Shown one piece after another: positions 52,697 through 63,343 of a DNA stretch of 64,000 bases. Below the pieces are notes generated by a model that saw only the letters and a program-made list of their open reading frames with translations, had not been told where the DNA came from and ran no database searches. The translations under genes were made by a program, and so were the position numbers. Position 1 is the stretch's first letter. Each line of letters begins with the position of its first letter. The DNA lies in the NCBI GenBank assembly GCA_963514005.1, contig OY740814.1, positions 11,160,001-11,224,000 of the forward strand, in the 5' to 3' direction. Source of the stretch: Raja brachyura (Eukaryota).

Positions 52697-52834
52697 TTCT
52701 TCTTCTTTCGTGTGGCGTGTACAGCCTAAAGTTGTCGGACAACTTGTTCTATTTGATCTTCTGTGTGTGCACGTCGAGTTGATTGCATTAGTCGAAACAG
52801 GGCGGACCACGTGAAGGTTGCAATCTTCCACCCC
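52697..52834 (-). mobile_element. ~140-bp non-autonomous retroelement with HDV-ribozyme head and (GAA)n tail, copy 2
   Basis: TSD CCATATCCTTC at 52686-52696 and 52835-52845; nested in a CR1 3' fragment; homologous to 5573-5709. Confidence 0.85.
52781..52834 (-). ncRNA. Minimal HDV-like (CPEB3-like) self-cleaving ribozyme at the 5' end of a short retroelement
   Basis: Minus strand reads GGGGUGG(P1) AA GAUUGCA(P2) ACC(P3) UUCACGU(L3) GGU(P3') CCGCCCU(P1') GU UUCGA CUAA(J4/2) UGCAAUC(P2'); all helices pair and the cleavage site is a G1-U wobble. Confidence 0.85.
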
Positions 52835-53547
52835 CCATATCCTTCAAAACCTTCTAATCCATGTACCTGGTCTGAATGTTTCTTAAACGTTGCAATAGTA
52901 CCTGCTTCAACTATCTCCTCTGGGAGGTCATTCCATACACCCACCACCCTTTGTGTAAAGACTTTAACCCTCAGGTCCCTATTTAATCTTTCCCCCCTCA
53001 TCTTAAACCAATGTCCTCTGGTTCTCGATTCTGGGCAAAAGATTATATGCGTTTACCCGATCTATTCCTCCCATGATTTTGCACACCTCTATAAGATCAC
53101 TCCTCATTTTCATGCACTCCAAGGAATAAAGTCCTAGCCTGCTCAACCTATTCCTATATCTCAGGCCCTCGAGTCCTGGCAACATTCTCCTAAATCTTCT
53201 CTGCATCATTTTCAGCTTGACAACATTTTTCCTATAACATGGTGACCAAAATGTAACCAAAATGTTGGGTTTACTTGCTTCAATAACTGTATAATACATG
53301 AGTAGATACCCAATATAATTTAACCTTGAGTTGACATCAGCCCCTCTGCACCTGTGTGGGTAACAATGGTCCAACTCACTTTGTCAACTACAGTTTTTGT
53401 GCTTTGGATTCTATGCCACAGGAACATTTTAAATCTGTGCAAACCCATATTATTTATCCACGTTCTCCTGAGATGCTGCCTGACCCACTGAGTTACTCCA
53501 GCACTTTGTGGCTTTTTTTGTAAACTAGCATCTGCAGTGTCTCCATT

Positions 53548-53822
53548 TATTTAGTTTAGAGACACAGCATTGAAACAGGCCCTTCAGCCCACTAAGTCCA
53601 TGCCAACCATTTAACTCATTCTTTGTTATCCCACCTTCGTACCCACTCCCCTGCACTAGTGGCAATTTACAGAAATCAATTAACCTACAACTGGCTCGTC
53701 TTTGGGATGTGGGAGGAAACGGAGGCACCTGGGGGAACAGGATCGTGCAAACTCCACACAGACATCACCTGAGGTCAGGATCAAATCTGCGTCTCTGGTA
53801 CTGTGAGGCAGTAGCTTTAGCC
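53548..53822 (-). mobile_element. V-SINE
   Basis: TTTAGTTTAGAGACACAGC...AACAGGCCCTTCAGCCC...GGATGTGGGAGGAAAC. Confidence 0.78.
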
Positions 53823-54025
53823 ATCTATCCAGTACTGATTACTGTCAGAGGGGGAACTTCTGTCTTAGGATTCAACATATTGAAAAAAAACAGAGGGCAG
53901 AGCTTCAGTAGTAAACCACTCCTTGTGAAATTTCCATGCGACTATGCTTTTTCTTTTCCATTTTGTTCCCTGCACACGTTCACCCTAATGAGGGCGTCAG
54001 TGGTGACTGAAGAGCTGAGCACATG

Positions 54026-54305
54026 GACACTTTAGACTTTACACGTTGGAGATACAGCGTGGAAACAGGCCCTTCGGCCCGAGAGCAATCAACTTGTGTA
54101 CTAGCACTATTCTACACACTAGGGACGATTTACAATCTTAACTGAAGCCAATTAACCTACAAACCTACACATCTCTGGAATGTGGAAGGAAACCGGTGTA
54201 CCCAGAGAAAACCCACGCGGTCACTGGGAGAACATACAAACTACATATTGAAAGCATCCATAGTCAGGATCGGATGCCAGTGTCTTGCTCCGTACGGCAG
54301 CAACT
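54026..54305 (-). mobile_element. V-SINE
   Basis: GATACAGCGTGGAAACAGGCCCTTCGGCCC...AAAACCCACGCGGTCAC. Confidence 0.8.
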
Positions 54306-54823
54306 CTAGACTGCAGAGTTGCCCCCTGGGGTCTGGCTGGTGTCCCCACACCTGTGCTCGGGGGAAGAGCAGTGGCCGGGCAGGTTTCAGTACCAAAGCC
54401 TCCGACCTCAGTCACTATGACAGTGAACAAAGGAGCTGTTGTCCCACCCAAATAACACCTCCCTGTACCCCAGTTGGGGGCACATGAAGTTCCAGTCTTA
54501 CATGCATTGGGGAAATCAAATATCTTTATAAACCACAGACAACATTACACACTGCTTCGTACCTTCAAAGGATATTGGAACCACTTAAAACTTCTCAGCT
54601 TCCAAAATGGTTGTCCCACATCACGTTCTGCGATCGTTCTGTTAGGTAAAACATTACATTGTTGACAATTTAGTGGTCACAAATACTTACATTCCCATTT
54701 ATTAAAACAACAAGGAAATGTCCAAAGACCACGTCCCATCTATTTTTTCGCATAAGTGCAAGAGAGGAAATTATTCCTTTGATTGCATTTGATTTGTTAA
54801 GAAACAAAACTTTTTTTAAAATT

Positions 54824-55140
54824 GAGAGTGGCACGGTGGCGCAGCGGTAAAGTTGCTGCCTTACAGTGCCGGAGACACGGGGTTGATGCCGACTACAGTT
54901 GCTGCCTGTATGGAGTCTGTACATTCTCCCTGTTACCACATAGGTTTTCTCCAGATGCTCCGGTTTCCTTCCCAAACTCCGAAGACGTGTAAGTTTGTGG
55001 GTTAATTGGCTTCGATAAGTTGTGAAATTGTCCCTAGTGTGTGTAGGTTAGTGTAGAGGGTGACTGCTGGTCAGCGCGGGCTCGGTGGTTCAAAGGGCCT
55101 GTTTCCACACGGTATCACTGATGTCTAACATAAAGTCTAC
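54824..55140 (+). mobile_element. V-SINE
   Basis: GTGGCACGGTGGCGCAGCGGTAAAG head, V-domain, GGGCCTGTTTCCAC tail. Confidence 0.84.
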
Positions 55141-55454
55141 TGATTTTAAAACATTTAAGTGATTGTATTAAAACATTTACATTTAGTTAAATAAAAGAAA
55201 GAATCAAAACATTTACATAAATTATTCAAATGTTTATGAGGCGCCGCATAAGCAAACAGTGGCTTCAGTAAAAAGGTAGGACTGGTGAGTGGTCCATTGG
55301 CAGCCATCTCAGTGACCAGTCCAGCTGGAGGGTGTGGTCAGGTGCTGGGCAAATCATCTCCATTTCTGTGCAGGTGTATAATGAGAGATAAGCTGACCAA
55401 CAAACATCACCTCTCTAGCTATTGCCAGCTTGTGTTTCTTTCCATTGTATTATC

Positions 55455-55790
55455 CATAGAGTCATACAATGTGAAAACAGGCCCTTCAGTCCAACTAGCC
55501 CACACCGACCAACATGTCCCATCTACACTAGTCCTACTTGCTTGTGTCTGGCCCATATTCCTCTAAACCGGTCCTATCCATGTACATCTAATTGCCTCTT
55601 AAACGTTGCAATCGTCCCTGCCTCAACTACCTCCTCCAGCAGCTTGTTCCATACACCCATCACTCATGGTGTGAAAATTTGATCCTTAAGATTCCTATAA
55701 AATCTTTCCCCCTTCCCCTTAAACCTCCAGTCCTCTGGTCCTTGATTCGCCTACATCTACCCGGCCTGTTCCTCTCATGATTCTATACAC
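55455..55790 (-). mobile_element. CR1 LINE 3' fragment
   Basis: CATAGAGTCATACAATGTGAAAACAGGCCCTTC...CCTGCCTCAACTACCTCCTCC. Confidence 0.8.
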
Positions 55791-57061
55791 TTGTAACTTT
55801 GGTATACATGGCACCTTACACATATCCGAGTCAAAAGTGTTACTCATTAACATGATCATTTAGTGAGCAGTAGTTTAACAGGATTTTTCTTTGAAATCCT
55901 CTTGAGACAAAAAAAAAGCACGATTGAATCTTTAATCAGAGTGAATTGCAGGTCCCAATCAAGCAGTTCTGCCTTTCTGAAGAGGGCATCTATGATGGAA
56001 ACACATTAAAGAACTGCCATAAATGATGACAGAGTCTGGGCCCAGATGCCTTCCCGGTTTATGATGTTTGTGTGAGTGGGAGTGGAGATGCAGCCATACT
56101 TTATAAAACGCACATGCAGTGAATCCGTCAGTCTGGAAGAGTATCGTCGTGAAACTAGATCAGATGTCTGTGGAGTCAGAGACGTCTGAATTATGGCCGA
56201 TGATAAATCTTTGAATAATCCGTGTCCAGCTGAAATAATTACAGTGTTCAAGAAAAACTCGCAAGTGGGTGAGTATTTAAAAGGTTTTTGGAAATCATCA
56301 TTTTCAAACACGCAACTAAACTTAAATTCTTGCCTCTTTGATAATAAAATGCAACGTCAGTGCTGAGAAATGAGTCATTTTCTCAAAACTCGACTGCTAT
56401 ATACAAGAATATCTCTGTTGTAATTTAACGGTAGAATTTCCTTCTCCATGCTTTATTAGGTCCTTGACCTCCCCATGTGTAAAACTGCTCAGAAAATTAT
56501 GTTTTCGTCATTTCTAAACCATTGGCAGATAACTGTTGGATTTCCGTTCCAATCTGACGTGTGTTTTCCCACTAGTGTTTACACAATCATTTCTGAGGCC
56601 GTGATTTATACCTTCTCACTGTGCCATTCTCTTGCTTACCCTGACATACTGGGCGTGAGAATGGGATTTGTTTATTGAAGCATATAAAGGCAAGAACCCA
56701 TCACGAGGGGTGCATTATAAAATCACAAAGAATTACGCTGCACTTTGACATCTTTTCAGTTATTTTCTGCCTAATTTCCGTTGTTTCTGAAAAAATAATT
56801 TATTTAAATGGTTTGAGCTGTTGACAGCATGCAGAGAAATGGGCCAGGATGAAGATGCTTGTCTCAATACCACGAGGAAGCTAAGATTCAAGAAGGGCCT
56901 TGGCAATCATGTAATTTTAACTCTGTGCTGTAAATGACTCTTAAAAAAAAAGCAAATTTCTCTGATATCTTTTCTCCCAATGCAAAATAAATAAAAATGC
57001 CCAATAATATTTTCTTCCCAGCTATGTCATGCTAATTGAAAAGTTCATACATTATAGAAGA

Positions 57062-57731
57062 AGAATTAGGCCATCAAGTCTACTCCGCCATTCAAACAAG
57101 GCTGATCTAACATTCCCTCTCAACCCCTTTCTTCTGCCTACTCCCCAAAACCCCTGACACCCTTTCTAATTCAGCCCATTTGTGATAAGCACAGAACACT
57201 TGAAATCATTCTTACCTTAAAAGTACCTGTCTATCGATGTTTACAGATGCAAATCATTTTCCCAATTAACTGTGGGTCTGTCTTAGATGAGGCATGAAAA
57301 TCCAAACATATTTTGGAAATTTTCATGCAATGAAACTCATACTAGAATTATTTTTAGATTCAGTTCAGCTGGTAACTGTGTATGTAACTAATTTATACAC
57401 GTGTTTTTCCAATTAATTTACAAGTGTGAAGGTGTCACAGCAAGGAATCTTTGGGAGGTAGCATGCAAAGCATTGAGTTGTGTCCAATTGGCCACTGTCC
57501 ATCTCTCAACATGTTCCAGGCCTTCAAGTGACAAGAGCTCATGTATTTTCAACGCTTGCAAGGAGCTTTGTGTGCTTGGAGACTTACTGGATACTGGGGA
57601 ATATCACAGACCAACTCTGATGTAATTTTCTTCAGGCCAGCATCAAATGTGCAAGTCATCATATAGTGGTCTCCTGTTGGCTGATTAGTTACTTTGCTGA
57701 TTAAAGTAATTTAATCATTTTACTGTGTGCC
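57062..57731 (+). repeat. Left arm of intronic inverted duplication
   Basis: Reverse complement of 58243-59137; the ORF track shows near-identical peptides at 57401(+) and 58485(-). Confidence 0.92.
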
Positions 57732-57914
57732 GATAATGTGACTGCCGGTGATATTTTAGGTCAGGACCCTTCATCTTAGATCGATTCATTTAAAGAAGGG
57801 TCCCGGTACAAAACTTCACCCGTCCATGTTCTCAGAGATGCTGCCAGACCCGCTGAGTTACTCCAGCATTTTGTGGCCTTTCGTGAAATCTGCATCTGCA
57901 GCAGTTCTTTAGTA

Positions 57915-58140
57915 GTTGCTCTACTCAACAGCCAAAAATCTGTAGCCTCCCTTTGATCTGGTATTTTGTTGGTTCACATTCTTGATCAATGGTGTTTTAT
58001 CATTAATGTTTTTTTATTATTAATGTTTAGTGTTTTCTGAGTCATTCATAACTGTCACTGTATGTCATGTTATTACTTGTGGGCAGAGCACCAAGGCAAA
58101 TTCCTTGTATGTGAATACTTGGTCAATAAACTTACTTACT
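57915..58140 (+). mobile_element. Non-LTR element 3' end (Rex1/Babar- or L2-like) with (TTAC)n tail
   Basis: GCAAATTCCTTGTATGTGAATACTTGGTCAATAAACTTACTTAC; the same 3' tip occurs at 45138-45190. Confidence 0.55.
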
Positions 58141-58242
58141 TTCTACATTTTGAGTGCTATGGAAGCCTTTCAGAACACAACAAAGGTTTGCCTTTTTTCC
58201 CCCATTGTTTATGAACTGACAAAGTGAAATAACTTATTTTGC

Positions 58243-59137
58243 AGGCACAAAGTAAAATGATTACATTACTATAATCAGAGTAACTAATCAGCCAACAGGA
58301 ATCCACTTCAACACAGGAACGCACAAAGCTCCGTTGAAAATACATGAGCTCTTGTCACTTGAAGGCCTGCAACATGTTGAGAGATGGACAGTGGCCAATT
58401 GGACACAACTCAATGCTTTGCATGTTACCTCCAAAGTATTCCTTGCTGTGACACCTTCACACTTGTAAATTAATTGGAAAAACACGTGTATAGATTAGTT
58501 ACATAAACAGTTACCAGCTGAACTAAATCTAAAAATAATTCTAGTATGAGTTTCATTGCATGAACATTTCCAAAATACGGTTGAATTTATAATGCCTCAT
58601 CTAATACCGACACAATTAATTCAGAAAATGATTTGCATTTGTAAACATTGCTAAACAGGAACTTTTAAGGTAAAACGACAGTAGACAGAAAATGCTGGTG
58701 AAACTCAGCGGATGAGGCAGCATCTATGGAGAAAAGGAATAGGCGAGGTTTGGACCTCGACCCAGAACGTCGCCTATTCCTTCGCTCCATAGATGCTGCC
58801 TCATACCTCATTTCAGGTCGAGACCCTTCTTCAATCTGAAGAAGGGTCTCGACCCAGAACGTCGCCTATTCCTTCTCTCCATAGACGCTGCCGCACCCAC
58901 TGAGTTTCTCCAGTATTATTTGTCTACCGTCGATTGTTCCAGCATCTGCAGTTCTTTCTTAAACAAACTTTTACGGTAAGAATGATTTCAAGTGTTATGT
59001 GTTTATCACAAATGAGTTGAATTAGCACGGGTGTCAAAGGTCACGGAGAGAAGACAGGAGAATGTGGTTGAGAGGGAAAAATAGATCAATCATGATTGAA
59101 TGGCGGAGCGGACTCGATGGACTGAATGGCCTAATTC
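58243..59137 (-). repeat. Right arm of intronic inverted duplication, with a Penelope-like insertion at 58674-58965
   Basis: Matches the left arm; insertion bounded by TSD AACTTTTAAGGTAA 58660-58673 / AACTTTTACGGTAA 58966-58979. Confidence 0.92.
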
Positions 59138-59443
59138 AGACCGTTTGTTTGATAGTCATAGTCTTATCTCTCACTATCTGAGGTTAGGGCTAAGAATACA
59201 TGATCTGAGTCTGAAGAAGGGTTTCGACTCGAAACGTCGCCTATTCCTTTGCTCGATAGATGCTGCCTCACCCGCTGCGTTTCTCCAGTTTTTCTGTCTA
59301 CCCTTCGATTTTTCCAGCATCTTCAGTTCTTTCTTAAACATGATGTTTATTCCATGTCTCTCCAATGGCGGGTGATAGGTCCAAATCCTTCTCTCTCACC
59401 ACTGTGCATGCCACTAACAATGTCAGATGAATATGCACACTTA

Positions 59444-59803
59444 TGCCCCTGTCCCACTTAGGAAACCTGAACGGAAACCTCTGGAGACTTTTTTATAAGA
59501 CCTTTTTTTCACCCAGTTTTATTCCACCAGGGAGGCCTTACCTTCCACTACCTGCAACCTCCGGCAACCACCTTCAACTAGCATCGCAACCAGCTTCCAC
59601 TAAAAGAATTACCGATTTTTAAAACGGCAACCTATTTTTAGTCGCGGCCGGTTTTGAATTAATCGCTGGAACATAGAAGAAGCGGAAACCACATTCGACC
59701 ACTAGGGAGACTGACAAAAACCTCCGGGAACCGCACGGAAACCTTGGGTGGGGCGCAAAGTGTCCAGAGGTTTCCGTTCAGGTTTCCTAAGTGGGACGGG
59801 GCA
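59444..59803. mobile_element. PIF/Harbinger-like MITE
   Basis: ~42-bp TIR TGCCCCTGTCCCACTTAGGAAACCTGAACGGAAACCTCTGGA with its reverse complement at ~59763-59803; flanks TTA / TAA. Confidence 0.82.
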
Positions 59804-59973
59804 TAAGCAAATATTTTGTTACTATTTATTATAGAGGTAATATATATGCCGTTTATTGAACAAATAGCATTCTTGTCCTGGTGACCATCTCTGACCACAG
59901 ACTAAGATCGGAACTAGGACCTGAAGGCTTGACTCAATACTGTCCCAGGTAGAAGGGAAACGGTATTTGTTAT

Positions 59974-60107
59974 GTGTAGGAAGGAACTGCAGATGCTGGC
60001 TTACACCAAAGATAGACACAAAATGCTGGAGTAACTCAGCGGGACAGGCTACATTTCTGCAAAGAAGGAAAGGGTGACGTTTCAGGTCGAGACCCTTCTT
60101 CAGACTG
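59974..60107 (-). mobile_element. Penelope-like terminal repeat (young)
   Basis: Minus strand CAGTCTGAAGAAGGGTCTCGACCTGAAACGTCACCC...CAGTTCCTTCCTACAC. Confidence 0.65.
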
Positions 60108-60420
60108 TGAACAGCTGTATTGAGGGAAATAGGTCAGAGAAATAAAGAACTTAAGTGTATAAATGGTTGCTCTTTGTATAAACAATGCTGAAACATAATT
60201 TAAAAATAACTTTAAATGTCAATTTCCAGCCAACATTTAAAATGCACTATAAGCACTTTCACAACCTTCTTTTAAATCTAAATTTACATTTATTTGTCAA
60301 GAGCATTTGTCTCATAGTTCTCTCTTTCATGGAAGTTGATTAATGTGCCCATAACTCAATGGTATGTTTGTGTGACCAAATTAAATGAGAATGATGAGTA
60401 ATTGCAGACTTCTCTTGCAG

Positions 60421-60482
60421 ATGGAAATTATTTCACATTTACAAGACATGAGCCCATAGGGGTGTGTGGACAGATCATCCCT
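60421..60482 (+). CDS. aldh1a2: ALDH1A2 exon 5
   Basis: Acceptor cttgcag|, (D)[20 protein letters not shown], donor |GTGAGT; 62 nt, restores phase 0. Confidence 0.97.
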
Positions 60483-60724
60483 GTGAGTATTATTCATCGG
60501 CAGGAGGGAGGTGTTCTCAATAACACCGCAGACTATTGCAGAACAGTGGTTTTAACGTGGTCATTATTTTTTGATCACCCCTAACATGAAAGTACAGTTT
60601 TCTGCTCATGATCCTTCAGTAATGATCCTTTGAATAAGAATTACAGCATGATTGAACGTTCATAGGTTTGGCTGAATCTTACTGCATGTATCAGCAAGAG
60701 TAATGCACGCACCTTGTGTTCTGG

Positions 60725-61140
60725 TATTCACTGGAGTTTAGAAGGATGAGGGGGGATTCTTATAGAAACATATAAAATTCTAAAAGGACTGGACAAGCTA
60801 GATGCAGGAAAAATGTTCCCAATGGTGGGCGTGTCCAGAACCAGGGGCCACAGTCTTAGAATATAGGGGAGGTCATTTAAGACTGAGGTGAGAAAAAACT
60901 TTTCTCCCAGAGAGTTGTGAATTTATGGAATTCCCTGCCACAGAGGGCAGTGGAGGCCAAATCACTGGATAGATTTAAGAGAGAGTTAGATAGAGCTCTA
61001 GGGGCTAGTGGAGTCAAGGGATATGGGGAGAAGGCAGGCACGGGTTATTGATAGGGGACGATCAGAATCACAATGAATGGCGGTGCTAGCTCGAAGGGCT
61101 AAATGGCCTCCTCCTGCACCTATTTTCTATGTTTCTATGT
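60725..61140 (+). mobile_element. CR1 LINE 3' fragment (young)
   Basis: TATTCACTGGAGTTTAGAAGGATGAGGGGG...CAGAACCAGGGGCCACAG...(CTATGTTT)n. Confidence 0.88.
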
Positions 61141-62985
61141 AACTCTAATAAACCCCTTCTCTGGCGAAATGTGGAGAGTTGAGGACAAGAAAGGAGCCAG
61201 TTATTGATCTGACGTCTAGGCTAGAGAGAGGCGGCAAAATGATTTCTAAATGAAAATCAAAACAAAAACTGTAGATGCTGGAAATCTGAAACTCAATAAA
61301 CTCAATAAACCCCTTGGGTTACTTTACACAAGGACTCTAAACTAAATGTACAATTTATTCTAAAGCATTCCCTTACTCCCACATTGCCTCGGAGGTCCAA
61401 TGGGTCCTTGTGGTAGGTTTGCTCGATGAAAAAGTATATCAATACAAATATACTTGTAGCTTGGGAGACATGCTATTGTATGGGGTTGGGGCATCAATGT
61501 TAACCACCAGTGAACTCGCGTCTCCTGTCTGTAAATTATTATTTAAAATAAAACAATTAAATAATTAGTCATAAATATAATTCTAATATCTCAAACCAAG
61601 AGCTAGGACACTTTAATTGACTGCTTTTTCAGCTTCTTTGGTTGGGAGTGAATGGGACAATGAAGTATTATTTAATAATCATCTCCCAGACATCGGTGCT
61701 TTCAAGGTAACTTCCAGGCAGAAGTAATTAAACTCTGACTGGAAATTATCAGAAGTAATTAAACTCCAAACTTTTTGTTTATTTTTGATTCCTCAAAAGG
61801 ACGTCTGTTTATAAAATTGCATTTCGAAGACAAGGTGATCTGTAATGAGTGAAAGAGTAAATGCATGCAGCTACATGGGTTGATGGTGTTGCGACCTCTA
61901 GCTATGTGGGTAGATCCAATACTGTATGGAAGGAGTCAGGCATTCCTTTATGTGTCTGCTGTTGCAGCCACACCAGAGGGAGAAGATCCCAGCAATTTGC
62001 ATGGGAAGTTAAGGGACGTCAGAAACAAGGAGAGAAAGACAGGGGGGGGGGGGGGGGCACGTTACCCCTGGGTAAATTGTTGCTCTCCTGACTCTCGGTT
62101 GAGAAGCAGAGAGTTGAGGGCAAGGAGCCAGTTGCTAATTTGATGTCTAGTTCAGAGGGAGACTGCAAAATGGTTTCTAAATGAAAATTGAAACAAAAAC
62201 TGTAGATGCTGGAAATCTGAAATAAAAATGCTGCAAAAACACTCAGTAGATCAGGCAACGTCCGCAGAAAGCAAAGCAATCGATGTTTTGGGGATGCTAA
62301 GTGCTTGCATGTGAATGGAGCAATCTGCAAACAATAGATTCTGTGGGAAAGTCCATTTATGTTTACATGACAAAAGTCCTCACATTGTGCAAAGAATTCG
62401 CAAAGGGACCCGGCTATTAAAAATGTAAACATAACCAAACACGCTCTGCAAGTCTAGTGTGGTTTCCCAACTTCTTCTCATAGAAATTGTGAAAAAATAA
62501 AGTACTGTGAAAATAAAACCAATTATCATTCTAAAATTAAAAAAACATTAATATACAGTATAATTAAAATGAAGTTATAATCAAGGCCAAAGTAAACATT
62601 GCAGGTATAATTCTTGGAATTATGTGGCTGTATCATCTCATTGCTTTATTTTTCCAAAGTAAAGGTGGGGATTCTTGTTGGATCACATATACAACCTATT
62701 GACTGATGTGATTAGTATTGGATCACATTAGGATTAGGTTGGATCACATACAAACATTCCTTGTCCTTCAGTGGAATAAATGGGTGAACAAGAGGAGGAG
62801 AATGGCATTGGAATCTGGTAAATGTTAGGAATCAGATTTGTGTAAATTGTTCTATCAATCGTGCTATCAAAGTCCCGCGTAGAATTTGAAGTGTGCAGGT
62901 GGTCTTGTGCAAGAACAAGGTATGTGAGCAGAATGGGGTTATTTTCCTCTTTTTAATTATCTTCCTGTTCTCCGTCCCTCAACAG

Positions 62986-63114
62986 TGGAACTTCCCCCTC
63001 CTCATGTTTGCATGGAAGATAGCTCCAGCGTTGTGTTGTGGAAACACAGTGGTCATCAAACCCGCGGAACAAACACCACTGACTGCCCTCTACATGGGAG
63101 CTCTCATCAAAGAG
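62986..63114 (+). CDS. aldh1a2: ALDH1A2 exon 6
   Basis: Acceptor caacag|, [43 protein letters not shown] (PWNFP and KPAEQTP ALDH motifs), donor |GTGTGC; 129 nt. Confidence 0.97.
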
Positions 63115-63229
63115 GTGTGCCATTTTAGCTTTGTATTTAGCTGCCTGTGATAATGCCAGGAGAGTTCCACTGTTCATTTCCACACCTGCATTTTAACTGA
63201 GCTTGCTTCATCTGACCATTTATCCCCAG

Positions 63230-63343
63230 GCCGGTTTTCCACCGGGGGCGGTGAACATTTTACCTGGATTTGGCGGCACAGCCGGTGCAGCCATTGCGTC
63301 TCACATGGACATCGACAAAATTGCCTTCACTGGATCTACTGAG
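63230..63343 (+). CDS. aldh1a2: ALDH1A2 exon 7 (gene continues beyond window)
   Basis: Acceptor ccccag|, [38 protein letters not shown] (FTGSTE NAD-binding motif), donor |GTAGAA; 114 nt. Confidence 0.97.

Larger units (their letters stand above)
52575..53252 (-). mobile_element. CR1 LINE 3' fragment (hosts the ribozyme-headed element)
   Basis: FWSPCYRKNVVKL...RLGLYSLE...DLIEVCKIM, VFTQRVVGVWNDLPEE. Confidence 0.88.

Noticed and set aside
57401-58485. Two near-identical short ORFs (MFFQLIYKCEGV...) on opposite strands
   Set aside because: GTG starts, no domain; a by-product of the inverted duplication
60401-60420. Alternative acceptor TTGCAG 13 nt upstream of exon 5
   Set aside because: Would shift the frame and lacks a pyrimidine tract
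61719-62755. Short direct repeats (CAGAAGTAATTAAACTC x2; TGGATCACAT x3) as a CRISPR-like array
   Set aside because: Too few and irregularly spaced; eukaryotic intron; consistent with slippage duplications
12456-63343. Alternative identity as ALDH1A1, ALDH1A3 or ALDH2
   Set aside because: The N-terminal exon and the VDLQGVIKT / [13 protein letters not shown] segments match ALDH1A2; no mitochondrial leader
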